Below are positions 18,941 through 29,666 of a stretch of DNA of 64,000 nt, piece by piece. How positions within the stretch are numbered: the stretch's first letter is position 1; each line of letters begins with the position of its first letter. The DNA lies in the NCBI GenBank assembly GCA_965208905.1, contig OZ242365.1:864001-928000 (forward strand), written 5' to 3'. The notes under the pieces are model-generated. The model saw nothing but the letters and a program-made list of their open reading frames with translations. It did not search any database and was not told where the DNA came from. A program made the translations under genes and the position numbers. The stretch comes from Nitrosopumilaceae archaeon. Its GTDB lineage: Archaea > Thermoproteota > Nitrososphaeria > Nitrososphaerales > Nitrosopumilaceae.

Positions 18941-19177
18941 ATGCGCGACTCTGAACCTGACACATTTCTCTATCAGACATGGCCAGAAAAGTTCTCTGAT
19001 ATATTGCGTGAGATCAATGTGGATTCACAGGCTAACGATGTGGGCTCGGAAGCTTTGGAGAGTGGAGACTATTACTCTAGACACTACTCTCAAACACCTA
19101 GAATGGTCACCAATAGAGGAACATTAAACATAAAGGACTCTAACATAGATATGGTGCAGATAATCCAAAAGGGGTGA
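18941..19177 (+). CDS. Small hypothetical protein
   Basis: ORF from MRDSEP, tightly coupled to next gene. Confidence 0.6.
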   Translation: MRDSEPDTFLYQTWPEKFSDILREINVDSQANDVGSEALESGDYYSRHYSQTPRMVTNRGTLNIKDSNIDMVQIIQKG

Positions 19178-19178
19178 T

Positions 19179-19592
19179 ATGGTGCCGCAAGATCCTAATC
19201 CAATACCATGGGGAGCAATGGACCGCTTTCAAGCTCATTACATTGTAAAGACATCATCTGATGATCCCCACATGTATCTTGCTAGGACCCGCCTAAAAAC
19301 AAAGGGCCATTTTGCATCAAAAAAACTAGAGTCTGTATCGTGGGAGGGAGTTGGTGATCTGGCAGTATCTTTGAACAATGATGAGGAACTAAAGAATATG
19401 ATACTGAAACAAGATGTACGCGATGCCAACATACTTGTAGAGCCCACCGATGGTGCAGTACGCATACATGGGAAATGGAAAAATCATCTGGAGTTTGGAG
19501 TTACTAAAGAACAGTTTGATATCTACGACAGGATTGCCGGTCATGTGAAATCATTGAATACGTTTAAGCCTTCCACCAATCCAGAGCCATAA
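19179..19592 (+). CDS. Hypothetical protein
   Basis: 137-aa ORF preceded by GGGGTGA SD-like motif. Confidence 0.7.
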   Translation: MVPQDPNPIPWGAMDRFQAHYIVKTSSDDPHMYLARTRLKTKGHFASKKLESVSWEGVGDLAVSLNNDEELKNMILKQDVRDANILVEPTDGAVRIHGKWKNHLEFGVTKEQFDIYDRIAGHVKSLNTFKPSTNPEP

Positions 19593-20097
19593 AATCTACA
19601 TTTTTGCCCCGGGGTATAGCCAAGATGAACTGTTTTCTGACGGTGGTGGCTAGTCTGCCCGCCAAAACAAGACTGGTTGTTGTGATGGCGTCTCGCGTAC
19701 CATATACGTGAACCAGATACGGCGCATGGTCTATGCCTGGCCCTGATTTGTATACGGCAAAATCACATCCAAACTTTATACCTGGAGTCACTACATATCC
19801 CAAGTCACGAAACGTCTTGTATACTAGATACTTTCTATCAAAGTTACTATACTTGGACTTGCATATCTCTTTCATTGTCGGTATGCTTACTACTTTATGA
19901 GCTAGGCGAACATCTATGCGACCTGTCTCCAAAAGATATAGCCCCTCTATAAGGTCCAGCACCAGAGGCACGTCTATCTGCTCGGGCTTGGGCTTTGGTA
20001 TACCTATGGGTTTTCCGTAGTAACCACTACAAAATAGTCTTTTAGAGTCCTGTATGTCCCATATGATTATACGATTTTCCACAAGGTTACCCTTCAT
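19564..20097 (-). CDS. endA: tRNA-splicing endonuclease
   Basis: LIEGLYL, GIKFGCDFAVY, HAPY, RLATTVRK. Confidence 0.92.
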   Translation of the reverse strand: MKGNLVENRIIIWDIQDSKRLFCSGYYGKPIGIPKPKPEQIDVPLVLDLIEGLYLLETGRIDVRLAHKVVSIPTMKEICKSKYSNFDRKYLVYKTFRDLGYVVTPGIKFGCDFAVYKSGPGIDHAPYLVHVYGTRDAITTTSLVLAGRLATTVRKQFILAIPRGKNVDFMALDWWKA

Positions 20098-20120
20098 TAA
20101 ACAATGTAAGATGATGTCTT

Positions 20121-20774
20121 TTATAGACTAAATGCTAACATTATGAAAGAATCCGAGACCTCTTGACATTTATCGGCCATCTCTTCTATGCCATCAATAA
20201 CGTCTTTCATTAGTATTAGTTCTGCAGGATCCTTTAGACTCTTCATCGCCTTTATTGTCGCTTGACGATATTTGGTGTCTATCTCTCTTTCTATCTCTTG
20301 TGTCTCTTGAGCTAACTCTATGGCCTTACTACTGTTGGTGTTGAGGTTTCTTGTAATCTCGTTTAGTTTGAGAACCTCATCTACTACTAACTCTATCAGA
20401 TCTGTCAAATCTTTGTCCATCTTGGAATTTTTGAGCGTAGTTGCCTTGATGTTGGACAGCTTAAATGAGATGCCCGTAATGTGTCCTGCTATCTCATCAA
20501 TAGTAAATGCCGTATTCAACAAATTCTCTCGGTTCATTATGAGGCCTCCAACATCACCCACCTCTTTTGTTATTTTTCGTCTATGGGTTTCAACCTCATC
20601 TTCAATATCCGCTATCTGGTTTAACAGGTCCTTTATGCCCTCTTTATCCCTCCTTGTCATGAGATCTGGCAGTCGGGCCAGCTCCCTTGTAGCATTTAGT
20701 ATACGATTTATTTCATCTTGTAGTATAGAAGTTGCCTTCCTTTTAGCCTGCTCTTCTAACGCTCCACTATACAT
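20121..20774 (-). CDS. DUF47/PhoU-like phosphate transport regulator
   Basis: Two helical repeats IEDEVE / IEREID, EEMADKC. Confidence 0.75.
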   Translation of the reverse strand: MYSGALEEQAKRKATSILQDEINRILNATRELARLPDLMTRRDKEGIKDLLNQIADIEDEVETHRRKITKEVGDVGGLIMNRENLLNTAFTIDEIAGHITGISFKLSNIKATTLKNSKMDKDLTDLIELVVDEVLKLNEITRNLNTNSSKAIELAQETQEIEREIDTKYRQATIKAMKSLKDPAELILMKDVIDGIEEMADKCQEVSDSFIMLAFSL

Positions 20775-21058
20775 AACTTTACTATATAAGTTAGAAGGCG
20801 CATAATTTAAACTCTCTTTAATACAAATATCCGACTTTGTTATGGCGACTAAAATATTACGATATGTAGTCAGATAAAATCACCCTGGACACTACGCCAC
20901 AGTAACACACCGCCCCTGTGGACCAGATGGAGGTGCAACCAGTCCAAATGTATCGGGAGTGCAAGTCAGAGTACATCGCCGGACTGTCGATGTCCATGGT
21001 GTATAAAAGTTGCGAGGCCATCAGAGCCACGATGCTCTCTTGACTATATATGCCCCTT

Positions 21059-22801
21059 TCAGTATGACTTTGCCTGGCCGTTGTATAATGTGAGTATCTC
21101 TTCTGCAGTGGACGCCTGCTCGGCTGATTTATCTACCCTTATGCGACCAGTAAAACGAGGGAATCGTAATGCAAACCCTGAATCGCCATCTGCTTTACCT
21201 GTAGTGTGTATCGGACTGCGAGTTATCTCTGCTGCCACAACCTCAATTACAAGTTCTGGGGCAAACCATACGTCTGCCTCCATTATGCTGTCCACACGCA
21301 GGTCCACCTTTGTTAAGATCTTTTCATTAAGTATCTGGTATAATGTGTCTAGGTCCTCATCTTTGAAACCACTACCCACCTTACATATACTCAAAAACAT
21401 ATCTTGCGCATCATCATATGTTGCCAAAAGAAGCGTTCCATAGGTGCCGGCCCGGCGCCCCTTTCCGTAGAATGCGCCTATGACAACTAAATCCAACGTG
21501 TCCCCAACTCCCTTCTGATAGTCCTGCTTTAATTTCAGCCACTGGCTGCCCCGGGATCCGGCGCGATATATGCTGTCCGTGGCCTTTAACATCAACCCCT
21601 CACACCCTGCATTTACACTACTCTCCATGAATTCAACAATATCTGCCTCGGTCTTTATGATCATCATTGGTACTAAACGCGCGATACCGCCTTCCTTTAT
21701 AACATATTGAAGCATCTGTCGCCTTTTTTCGTATACTTCATCCAAAAAACTTTGATCATCTACGTATAATATGTCAAAAAAGTTCACCACGACCGGATAA
21801 TCGGATATTGCCTTTTCCAGACCATGCTTTCGTCGGCGGTGCATTATATTTTGAAACGGCAGAAACTCCCCGGTCTCTGTATTTATGGGAACAGCTTCCG
21901 CCTCCAATATTATATTACTTGATTTGGATATGTCTGGCATGGCCTCAATAACATCCAGATAGTACTCGGTTATCCTCTCCAATTTCCGCGAAAAGATCTC
22001 AACATGACCATCTGCCATATGTATTTGGACCCGTTCGCCATCTAGCTTGTATTCGGCAGCAAAACCAACACCCATCTTACTTAGGGCATCGCTTTCAGTA
22101 CGAATGCGCTCTGCAAGCATGGGTCGTATGGGACTAAACGGTGTAACCTTGAATGACTTTAAACCCCCAAGTCCATATTTGGCTGTGGTGTGTGCGACGC
22201 GACCCAGATCGCTGGACACATTGTATGCCTCCTCTAATAAAGTGCGGTTTGCGCGCTCGCCAGTATATGCCTCGGCCAAGGCATCCATGATGGTGTTCTC
22301 TGCTACCCCTAACCTCATTGAACCTAGCAGTATTTTGAGTATGAATCTGGCTTCGGTGGGGCTTGCATCATTCAGTAGACTTGATATGTACTTTATCTTC
22401 ATGTCTTGTGAACGTGATCCTTCAATCTGGGCCACTTTGAGTATGGTGTTGTATACACGATCCACAGTTACCTCCTGCGCAAAGAGTGTGGTCTGCGACT
22501 TCTTCTCTAGTATATGGGATGCTGCCTCTCCTAAGTCACCGGTCTCTACATACTTTGCCTGTATGGCTGCTTGTGATATGCCTGAGGATTTGGCGATGGC
22601 GCGTATTGCCATCTTCTCTGCAACGCCCACCTCCACTCCCTCGTAGTCGGGCCGCACCTTGCCCTGCAACAGATACACAATCTCTGCTATATGATCTGGA
22701 TTCACCTGCTTGAATATATCCACCATGATTGATGTCAACTCCAGCCTTTTGGTAGTCTCTTCCATCTTTGCCAAACTTTCGGCCAATATAGAGAACAGCA
22801 T
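21059..22801 (-). CDS. lig: ATP-dependent DNA ligase
   Basis: EYKLDGER, EGLMLK, WLKLK, LRFPRF; start placed at MLFSIL. Confidence 0.95.
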   Translation of the reverse strand: MLFSILAESLAKMEETTKRLELTSIMVDIFKQVNPDHIAEIVYLLQGKVRPDYEGVEVGVAEKMAIRAIAKSSGISQAAIQAKYVETGDLGEAASHILEKKSQTTLFAQEVTVDRVYNTILKVAQIEGSRSQDMKIKYISSLLNDASPTEARFILKILLGSMRLGVAENTIMDALAEAYTGERANRTLLEEAYNVSSDLGRVAHTTAKYGLGGLKSFKVTPFSPIRPMLAERIRTESDALSKMGVGFAAEYKLDGERVQIHMADGHVEIFSRKLERITEYYLDVIEAMPDISKSSNIILEAEAVPINTETGEFLPFQNIMHRRRKHGLEKAISDYPVVVNFFDILYVDDQSFLDEVYEKRRQMLQYVIKEGGIARLVPMMIIKTEADIVEFMESSVNAGCEGLMLKATDSIYRAGSRGSQWLKLKQDYQKGVGDTLDLVVIGAFYGKGRRAGTYGTLLLATYDDAQDMFLSICKVGSGFKDEDLDTLYQILNEKILTKVDLRVDSIMEADVWFAPELVIEVVAAEITRSPIHTTGKADGDSGFALRFPRFTGRIRVDKSAEQASTAEEILTLYNGQAKSY

Positions 22802-22995
22802 GTATAATGATGATAAAATCAACATAAAAGATTGATTTTCTAAATTAGGTTGTATGCTGATTACATAATATTGTATCATACATGACAGTCAAAACTAACA
22901 CCTGTCTTGTTTGATAATGGCAAAGTATCTGATATCTTTGCTGTGCAAACACCAGAGTGTCGCTTGGACATATATTATACACGGCATGCTAATGT

Positions 22996-24003
22996 GTGGT
23001 TATGACGGTAACAATCGTAGTGGGCGGTTTCTTTGGTGATGAGGGTAAAGGAAAAGTAATATCCCACTTAGCCAGAGCGGATGATCCGGATATAGTCGTT
23101 CGGGGTGGAGCTGGGCCTAATGCAGGTCATACCATTCGCAGCGGCAATGACACTTACAAAGTCAGAATGCTACCCTGTGGTTTTTTAAACAAGAGTGCCC
23201 GTCTGCTGGTTGGACCTGGTGTAGTGATAAACCCTAAAGTGTTGTATAGTGAGATAGCTGAGTTTGGTGTCGGTGGCCGGGCGTTTATAGACAAAAATTG
23301 TGGCATTATAGAGCAGTCCCATATAGATATGGATTCTAAGGGAGACTTGAAAGAGAAGATTGGTAGTACGGGTTCGGGTACGGGACCGGCCAATGCAGAT
23401 AGAGCCATGAGGGTACTAAAACTTGCCTGTCACATCAATGAGCTGGAGGATGTCACCATCGATGTTCCCGCTGAGATTGACAGGACAGTGCGAGCAGGCG
23501 GAGATGTACTGGTGGAGGGCACTCAGGGGACATTTTTGTCTTTGTGGCATGGAACATATCCGTATGTAACCTCCAAGGATGTAACTGCCTCGGGAATATG
23601 CGCCGATGTGGGCATTGGTCCTACAATAGTAGATGATGTCATAATGGTGGTAAAGGCATTTGTAACTCGTGTAGGCACGGGTCCGTTGAACAACGAACTA
23701 TCTCATGAGGATACTGTACGACGAGGATGGAACGAGAAGGGTACCGTCACTGGTCGGGACCGCAGGGCTGCTGCGTTTGACTACGAGTTGGGCAGGCGGG
23801 CAGTGATGTTGAATGGTGCCAATCAACTGGCACTGACCAAACTTGACATGCTATTTCCTGAATGCTCAAAGATGACATCCTATGATAATCTGAGCCTTGA
23901 GGCAAAATCATTTGTAAAAAAGATGGAGGATGAGTTAGGCATACCTGTGACAATAGTTGGTACTGGCCCAGAGGATACATCAGTTATTGATCGGAGAAGT
24001 TAA
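22996..24003 (+). CDS. purA: Adenylosuccinate synthetase
   Basis: GDEGKGK, NAGHT, EGTQG, YPYVTS, GTVTGR. Confidence 0.95.
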   Translation: MVMTVTIVVGGFFGDEGKGKVISHLARADDPDIVVRGGAGPNAGHTIRSGNDTYKVRMLPCGFLNKSARLLVGPGVVINPKVLYSEIAEFGVGGRAFIDKNCGIIEQSHIDMDSKGDLKEKIGSTGSGTGPANADRAMRVLKLACHINELEDVTIDVPAEIDRTVRAGGDVLVEGTQGTFLSLWHGTYPYVTSKDVTASGICADVGIGPTIVDDVIMVVKAFVTRVGTGPLNNELSHEDTVRRGWNEKGTVTGRDRRAAAFDYELGRRAVMLNGANQLALTKLDMLFPECSKMTSYDNLSLEAKSFVKKMEDELGIPVTIVGTGPEDTSVIDRRS

Positions 24004-24006
24004 AGT

Positions 24007-24711
24007 ATGACTTTTCGTGATCGTTTGGCAAAGTCCGCAGAACGTCATGGCCCCATAATATTGGCTGCAGATACTACACACAGAACCGTACAAAACATCA
24101 CGTATAATATGAACAATTTAAATGATCATATATGCGCAATTAAAATGAATTTTCAGGTGTTATTGACATTAGGTATCGCCGAAATAAAAGAGATTACAGA
24201 TGCAGCTCATGCAAGAGACTTGCAGTGCATTGCGGATATCAAACTAAACGACATTAATAATACAAACCTGGACACCTCTGATATACTCTGGAGAGCAGGC
24301 TTTGATGCCATCATAGCAAACCCAATAATGGGCCCAGAAGCGCTATCTGCATTAGTACAAAAGGCACACAGCGTAGATAATGGAATAATATCTCTATGTC
24401 ATATGAGTTCGTCCGAAGGTGCGGTCTCATATGAGCTTCAGGTGGGGGGCGGGCCACTATACAAAAAGTTTCTAGAGTGGGGACTGGCTGCCAAAGTAGA
24501 TGGAGTCATAGTGGGTGCCACATTTCCAGAGATAATCTCCGCATGCAAACGTGAGACTAAAGATCGTCTTGATATACTCTCACCAGGCATAGGTGTGCAG
24601 GGCGGCAGCGCAAAGACATCCTTTGCCAACGGTACAGACTATATCATAGTGGGACGAACTCTTCTAAACGCCAAGAACCCCTCTGAAATGGCAGTATCTA
24701 TTTTGTCATGA
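24007..24711 (+). CDS. pyrF: Orotidine-5'-phosphate decarboxylase
   Basis: DIKLNDI, PGIGVQGG, IVGR. Confidence 0.9.
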   Translation: MTFRDRLAKSAERHGPIILAADTTHRTVQNITYNMNNLNDHICAIKMNFQVLLTLGIAEIKEITDAAHARDLQCIADIKLNDINNTNLDTSDILWRAGFDAIIANPIMGPEALSALVQKAHSVDNGIISLCHMSSSEGAVSYELQVGGGPLYKKFLEWGLAAKVDGVIVGATFPEIISACKRETKDRLDILSPGIGVQGGSAKTSFANGTDYIIVGRTLLNAKNPSEMAVSILS

Positions 24712-25135
24712 CGTGAAGAAACCTATATGCGCTGGTCAATATTCTTCTAGCATTATCAAAGGTTACTCGCTGTAGTGAATCTTCATAGTTTAGCCACACA
24801 TAATCAAGATGCTCATTGGATAGATGGACATCTTCTTCTAATGTACGGCCCAAAAAGAAGATAACCTGTTTTCTCATTGTGCGACCAGCATAATTATAAG
24901 AGTAGAGGATACGTTTCTTAAAACCACTCACAAATACTACGTCTTTTATGCCTGTCTCCTCTTCCACCTCGCGAACAGCAGCTTGTTTGTTGGTCTCGCC
25001 CACCTCCCTGTGCCCCTTGGCAAAGTCCCAATGTCCAGCTGGGTACTTTAGTAGCAAGAAGAGTTTATCTAAACTGTCGTATCTATACAACACTACTCCC
25101 GCGGATGTCTGCATGTTGTATATCATATAATACAT
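24698..25135 (-). CDS. NUDIX hydrolase (Ap4A hydrolase-like)
   Basis: HWDFAKGHREVGE..AAVREVEEETG Nudix box. Confidence 0.88.
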   Translation of the reverse strand: MYYMIYNMQTSAGVVLYRYDSLDKLFLLLKYPAGHWDFAKGHREVGETNKQAAVREVEEETGIKDVVFVSGFKKRILYSYNYAGRTMRKQVIFFLGRTLEEDVHLSNEHLDYVWLNYEDSLQRVTFDNARRILTSAYRFLHVMTK

Positions 25136-25145
25136 TGTTTAATAA

Positions 25146-25376
25146 TTAATCCCATTCATCTAATGTACCCGAAGACTGACCCTCCGTACTACCTGCATAG
25201 TCTCCTAGTATGTCTGAGTATGTAGCATCATTATGCGCCACGAATCTGACGTACTCCCCATAGGATATGTCCAGGCCACAGTGTGAACATATAACACATG
25301 AAAAGTCTGGATAGAGCTCTGCACTATCTTTGCATTTGGGACACTTTATCTTCACAAGTATACTTGGGATAATCAA
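25146..25376 (-). CDS. Small zinc-ribbon protein
   Basis: CPKC..CSHC. Confidence 0.65.
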   Translation of the reverse strand: MIIPSILVKIKCPKCKDSAELYPDFSCVICSHCGLDISYGEYVRFVAHNDATYSDILGDYAGSTEGQSSGTLDEWD

Positions 25377-25476
25377 GATATTATACTTTGTACAACAAGT
25401 CAGGCGGCGAATATGACTTATCTACTGTATGTTATGACTTCAACGCTGTGCATGCCACTGTACAAGGCGCCAAGGT

Positions 25477-25508
25477 ATGAGTAATGTTTACTCATGTATA
25501 TGATTCCC
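25477..25508. repeat. Truncated second copy of the 45-bp mini-MITE
   Basis: ATGAGTAATGTTTACTCATGTATATGATTCCC matches 18751-18782 with 2 differences; left arm truncated. Confidence 0.78.
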
Positions 25509-25551
25509 TATAACTTTGTCCAAAGGGATAAATTTATCATGCCGCCTAAAC

Positions 25552-25827
25552 ATGGTGATGGCTATGACCTGCACAAAATGCAAGAGTGCTATTCCCGAGG
25601 ATGATGTCTTGGATCCGTTTGCAGCCAAGTATCCTTGCTGTAATACATGTTGGACTGCATGGAAAGAGTATAGAATAATGGTAATGAACGAAATGCGATT
25701 GGACATGTCAATGTTAGACCACCGCAAAGTACTCAAAAAACACGAAAAGATCTTTGTGGGCGTTCTGACACCTGAAGGCGGTATTGTAAATTATGCAGAC
25801 GAAGAAAACCGCAACCCTGACGCTTAG
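25552..25827 (+). CDS. Fe(II)-trafficking (YggX-like) small protein
   Basis: CTKC..CCNTCWTAWKEYRIMVMNEMRLDM resembles YggX W..W....INE.RL. Confidence 0.65.
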   Translation: MVMAMTCTKCKSAIPEDDVLDPFAAKYPCCNTCWTAWKEYRIMVMNEMRLDMSMLDHRKVLKKHEKIFVGVLTPEGGIVNYADEENRNPDA

Positions 25828-26285
25828 ATATCTAGTATCTGTTTGATTGACTCGGGCGTTAAGGCTATCAATTTACTTTTATCGTTATCGTCCATATCGC
25901 TCAAGATCATGCGCAATGTAGTGATGATTGTGTTCTGTCTATTTGGTTCAAGTCCCAAAAACACATCCACAATGCCATCCATGTGTAATTGAACTAATTT
26001 ATCGGGGTTTGATAGTATTTCACTGGCATATGACTCCAACAATACACGTCTGTCTTCAGCTTCCTGCTCTGATACCACCTCCAACCAAGTCTGTAACAAC
26101 GTACTAAACTTGTCAAACGGGATTGTGGGACTGGCATCTAATGCATGGTGGATAACGTCTACCTGCTCATTCTTTGGGAGGCGAGGAAACTCGGATACTC
26201 GAGCGCTTAACATTGGCTTGCGCAGAAATTCAGGTAGCGAGGCCAACGTCACGATTATGTTTGCAGCATAGTTTGGTTCACTCAA
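25824..26285 (-). CDS. Hypothetical protein
   Basis: 153-aa ORF, convergent overlap with previous gene. Confidence 0.7.
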   Translation of the reverse strand: MSEPNYAANIIVTLASLPEFLRKPMLSARVSEFPRLPKNEQVDVIHHALDASPTIPFDKFSTLLQTWLEVVSEQEAEDRRVLLESYASEILSNPDKLVQLHMDGIVDVFLGLEPNRQNTIITTLRMILSDMDDNDKSKLIALTPESIKQILDI

Positions 26286-26371
26286 CTATTTGATTAGACA
26301 TTGTGGTTTTATATACTTTCGAGATTTCACGTGCCTGACAATAAAAAGAAGAATTATAAAACCCTCACGAT

Positions 26372-26836
26372 GTGTTTATATACTTGTCAGAATTTGAGAC
26401 AGCCGATGATTTGGATAATATGGGGGATCAGGTGTTGGAGAAAGCAGTAATAGCGTTCAGAAAGAGAATGGAACGTGATGATCTCACAGACGAACAGAGG
26501 GAAGAGATAGAGATAAGAGCAAAGGCCATGGAGACCAGGGATGTAATCGAGTACAACGAGGAACATACTGCCACCGAGATTGTATCTGAGGGTGATGAAC
26601 GCAGAGTTCTCATAGGCCCGCCCACATTAACCAGATTTGAGAAGGCCAGAATTATGGGGGCCCGGGCATTACAACTATCCATGGGAGCACCACCATTCGT
26701 AGACTTGACTTCGGATATTAAAACTTCATTGGCAATAGCCCAAGAGGAGTTGAATTTAAGAGTGATCCCTATTGTAATACGACGCGCACTACCCAATGGA
26801 GACTTTCAAAATATACCCATAGGATACTTTAATTGA
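26372..26836 (+). CDS. rpo6: RNA polymerase subunit Rpo6 (RpoK)
   Basis: [28 protein letters not shown]. Confidence 0.93.
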   Translation: MFIYLSEFETADDLDNMGDQVLEKAVIAFRKRMERDDLTDEQREEIEIRAKAMETRDVIEYNEEHTATEIVSEGDERRVLIGPPTLTRFEKARIMGARALQLSMGAPPFVDLTSDIKTSLAIAQEELNLRVIPIVIRRALPNGDFQNIPIGYFN

Positions 26837-26876
26837 AAATTCAACAAAATTTAATAAATGATGCAGGTGTGAACGG

Positions 26877-27173
26877 TTGATGTCAGAACAAAAGAAAACT
26901 AAAGCCGGCATACCTCGGGATCAGATATTAATAATCAGCGGTGCTCCGATAATGAGTATTGTTATCGAAGCGATGTCAAAATTAGGAGAGAAGGGACTAT
27001 TGTCCATACGGGCTCGAGAGAACAACATACCCCGTGCTGTAGTGGTGGCCAACATATTGACCGAAAAGATGATGCAAGAAAACTCACAGATATATCGTAT
27101 ACTTTTAGATGGTGCGATGCGTCCCGACGGGAGTATGGCATCTACAATTGAGATAATTATCACTAAAATTTAG
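26877..27173 (+). CDS. Alba-like nucleic-acid-binding protein (divergent)
   Basis: IRARENNIPRAVVVA and STIEIII resemble Alba KARG..I..AVDVA / S.IEI. Confidence 0.65.
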   Translation: MMSEQKKTKAGIPRDQILIISGAPIMSIVIEAMSKLGEKGLLSIRARENNIPRAVVVANILTEKMMQENSQIYRILLDGAMRPDGSMASTIEIIITKI

Positions 27174-27586
27174 TATACTGTGCCAGGACCTTTTAGCAAC
27201 ATACTCTCGCATTCCTTACAAATCTGCTCATCTATACCTGACTCCATCTGATGGTGTATATCACATATGAGTAAGCTTGATTTGATATAGTTACACAGAC
27301 CAATGAACTTTGCGAGGCTAGATGGAGTATATGCTCTATCGGATGCCAAGTTATTACTGAGATCCTCAATCAATTCAGACACTTTCTTGTTTTGAAGGAG
27401 TTTCTCTATAAGTGCAGGATCTCCCCGGGTGCCGCGAACATAGTTACTGATGGCCGCTTGCGTCACACCCAACATCTTTGATATTGTGTCTTCAGGTATC
27501 CCATAGTTGGCTGTTAATTTCTTTGCCAAGATTGCTCTTATTGCCGGGATAAGCGTCTTTGATTCTATCTCTGCTGGTAGTAGCAT
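27170..27586 (-). CDS. HTH transcriptional regulator
   Basis: IPAIRA..ISKMLGVTQAAISNY..RG; C-terminal C..H..C..C. Confidence 0.8.
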   Translation of the reverse strand: MLLPAEIESKTLIPAIRAILAKKLTANYGIPEDTISKMLGVTQAAISNYVRGTRGDPALIEKLLQNKKVSELIEDLSNNLASDRAYTPSSLAKFIGLCNYIKSSLLICDIHHQMESGIDEQICKECESMLLKGPGTVY

Positions 27587-27630
27587 ATACTCATTATTTT
27601 TTGTCAACAATTTATTCTTTACCTCATGTT

Positions 27631-29246
27631 GGTTCCTCCCGCAAAGTCAGGTGACGGTTGATGTGTGTTGGATAGTGTTAAATACGTTATTGAACCGTAC
27701 TATATGATGGCTCTAGTCAAAAATAGCAGGGCAGTAACACGTCCATACACAAAAAATTTGGGCATGCGACATGTGTTTGAACATGTCAGGAAGGTGGCAG
27801 AAGTGGCGTACATTATAGCAGATAACACGGGGAAGAATACCTATGGTGTTAACGCATTAATATATCATATAATGCGCGGCCCTGACCCCAAAGTATATTC
27901 GTCCATAACGCAGACCGCCATACGGGACGGGGTTGCCGCCCATAAAACGTACAATACAAAGGCTGCGCAGGGCACGAAGGTGTCTGAACCTATATTTCGT
28001 AATCCGGTTGTAAAGTTGAAAAACCAAGATTGGAGGCTGAATCCGATAGCGGGTGGATATATGGCTATTGCAAATGTTGGCTCATCAAAACACCCACATA
28101 TGATAGCAATTCCCGTCTCTTCAGATGTGGTACGTAAAATAGGGCAAAATGAGTTGGGAGAGTTGTGGATCACGCCAACCACATATACCATTACATATTA
28201 CAACAAAGTGCCCAAGGTTGAAAAATCCCACCCACACGGCAAGTCAGAGATTATCGAACTACTTACGGATGTGGGCTGTGTGGGCGGTACACCAAAGGAT
28301 GTAATTGGCGTGGATATTAATGAAAAGAACATCACCGTAGGTGATAAAGATACAATGGTACAGTTTGATCTATCATACACGATACAGGCCATTGAGGGGG
28401 CAAAGACTGAGGATGTAAACAATACGTATACCCGTACACATGATAATATCGCATATGCGGCACGTACCGGAAGGTGTGTTGTACACAAGAAAGAGGAGGA
28501 GCGCAGAGAAAAGCAACAAGTCACACATGGTGGTCACAAGTTACACAGCAAACTCAAACGCAGATACAATAAACTCAAGAGGGAGGGCAAACACAAGAGG
28601 GCCGCCGAGATAAAGAAGCAGATGAGCAGATGCATATTGAGCATACCACATAACCACACAAAATCAAGGAAGAATGCTAAAAAGCGCAGGGTGGCCAAAG
28701 CCATGCGCCACCACGAACATGTGCTGAATGTGATAGCGTTATGTATAGCACAGTGGGCCGCACAATCCGGGTGCTTGGTGATGTTGGAGGATTTAACCCA
28801 TATATCGTATGGTTGGCAGAAGAATGGGAAGTTTGGCCATAATATGCGTCGCAGGTTACATTCTGCCATGATGCGAAAAGCATCGAATTTAATTTATGAA
28901 AAGTCCCAATTTTTGGGAGTAGAGGCATTACATATGCGTCCACACAACACATCCAAGCTATGTGCTGCATGTAGAACCCCACTAACTGGAGCTTATCATA
29001 AAAAAGACTGCACCCGCTGCCATACGGTTGGCGTAGATCGCGACGTCAACGCAGTGGAGAACATACGGCGAACAAGCGCCGTATCCCGATATGGTCGTAA
29101 GGTTTCGGCCAGTCTGGGCGAAGTCCGTCGTGGTGTGGATGTAATCCTCGATCCCACACCACTCATACAGGGTTGCTGGAGCAACTGGGCTGACAGGCTA
29201 TCCCGCATGGCGGGGGGTGTAATCACCCGACTTTGCGGGAGGAACC
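27631..29246 (+). mobile_element. Non-autonomous TIR element carrying tnpB, family A copy 2
   Basis: TIRs GGTTCCTCCCGCAAAGTCAGG / GGTTCCTCCCGCAAAGTCGGG; flanks CCTCATGTT (27622-27630) / CCTCGTGTT (29247-29255), 9 bp with 1 mismatch. Confidence 0.92.
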
Positions 29247-29356
29247 CCTCGTGTTTTGGGAAATTAAAAATGATCCAGGTCTGGTATGGTGATCGTTTTG
29301 AGTGCGTGGCACGCTTGTGTGGTTTGGCTGCAAAAAATCCCACACCCTATGATTAA
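27665..29356 (+). CDS. tnpB: TnpB-family nuclease (lineage A); ORF reads through the right TIR because of a G-run indel
   Basis: Close paralog of 8718..10286; RuvC D/E/D and Zn finger intact. Confidence 0.88.
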   Translation: MLDSVKYVIEPYYMMALVKNSRAVTRPYTKNLGMRHVFEHVRKVAEVAYIIADNTGKNTYGVNALIYHIMRGPDPKVYSSITQTAIRDGVAAHKTYNTKAAQGTKVSEPIFRNPVVKLKNQDWRLNPIAGGYMAIANVGSSKHPHMIAIPVSSDVVRKIGQNELGELWITPTTYTITYYNKVPKVEKSHPHGKSEIIELLTDVGCVGGTPKDVIGVDINEKNITVGDKDTMVQFDLSYTIQAIEGAKTEDVNNTYTRTHDNIAYAARTGRCVVHKKEEERREKQQVTHGGHKLHSKLKRRYNKLKREGKHKRAAEIKKQMSRCILSIPHNHTKSRKNAKKRRVAKAMRHHEHVLNVIALCIAQWAAQSGCLVMLEDLTHISYGWQKNGKFGHNMRRRLHSAMMRKASNLIYEKSQFLGVEALHMRPHNTSKLCAACRTPLTGAYHKKDCTRCHTVGVDRDVNAVENIRRTSAVSRYGRKVSASLGEVRRGVDVILDPTPLIQGCWSNWADRLSRMAGGVITRLCGRNPSCFGKLKMIQVWYGDRFECVARLCGLAAKNPTPYD

Positions 29357-29384
29357 TAAAAGAGGCCAATTCCATACGATACAA

Positions 29385-29498
29385 GCCGGCCATAGCGTCA
29401 GGGCGCGACCCAACCCCATTCCGAACTTGGAAGTCAAACCTGATGTCGCTGTTGTGCTACTAAGGTGCGAGAGCTCTTGGGAAGCAACAGTGCTGGCA
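29385..29498 (+). rRNA. rrf: 5S rRNA
   Basis: GGCCATAGC..CCCATTCCGAAC..GAAGTCAA; GCCGGC/GCTGGC terminal helix; ~114 nt. Confidence 0.9.
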
Positions 29499-29521
29499 TT
29501 ATTTATTAATAGTTACTGTGC

Positions 29522-29665
29522 ATGATTATTGTGCCTGTAGATCCAGTATGTGGTATTGAATTGGACGAAGAGTTGGCCCTAAAGTACGTGCGCAAAGGAA
29601 AGACGTACTACTTTTGTTGTAATGGCTGCCGTCTAATATTCATGAAGCCCCGACTATGGCGGTAA
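29522..29665 (+). CDS. YHS/TRASH-domain small protein (missing from ORF track)
   Basis: VDPVCGIELD..GKTYYFCCNGC..F. Confidence 0.82.
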   Translation: MIIVPVDPVCGIELDEELALKYVRKGKTYYFCCNGCRLIFMKPRLWR

Positions 29666-29666
29666 T

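Noticed and set aside
20821-21057. Possible transposase or MITE relic between the DUF47 gene and lig
   Set aside because: No supportable motif, TIR pair or TSD.
29247-29356. C-terminal extension of copy 2 TnpB as an extra domain
   Set aside because: Results from a G-run indel that reads through the TIR into flanking DNA.
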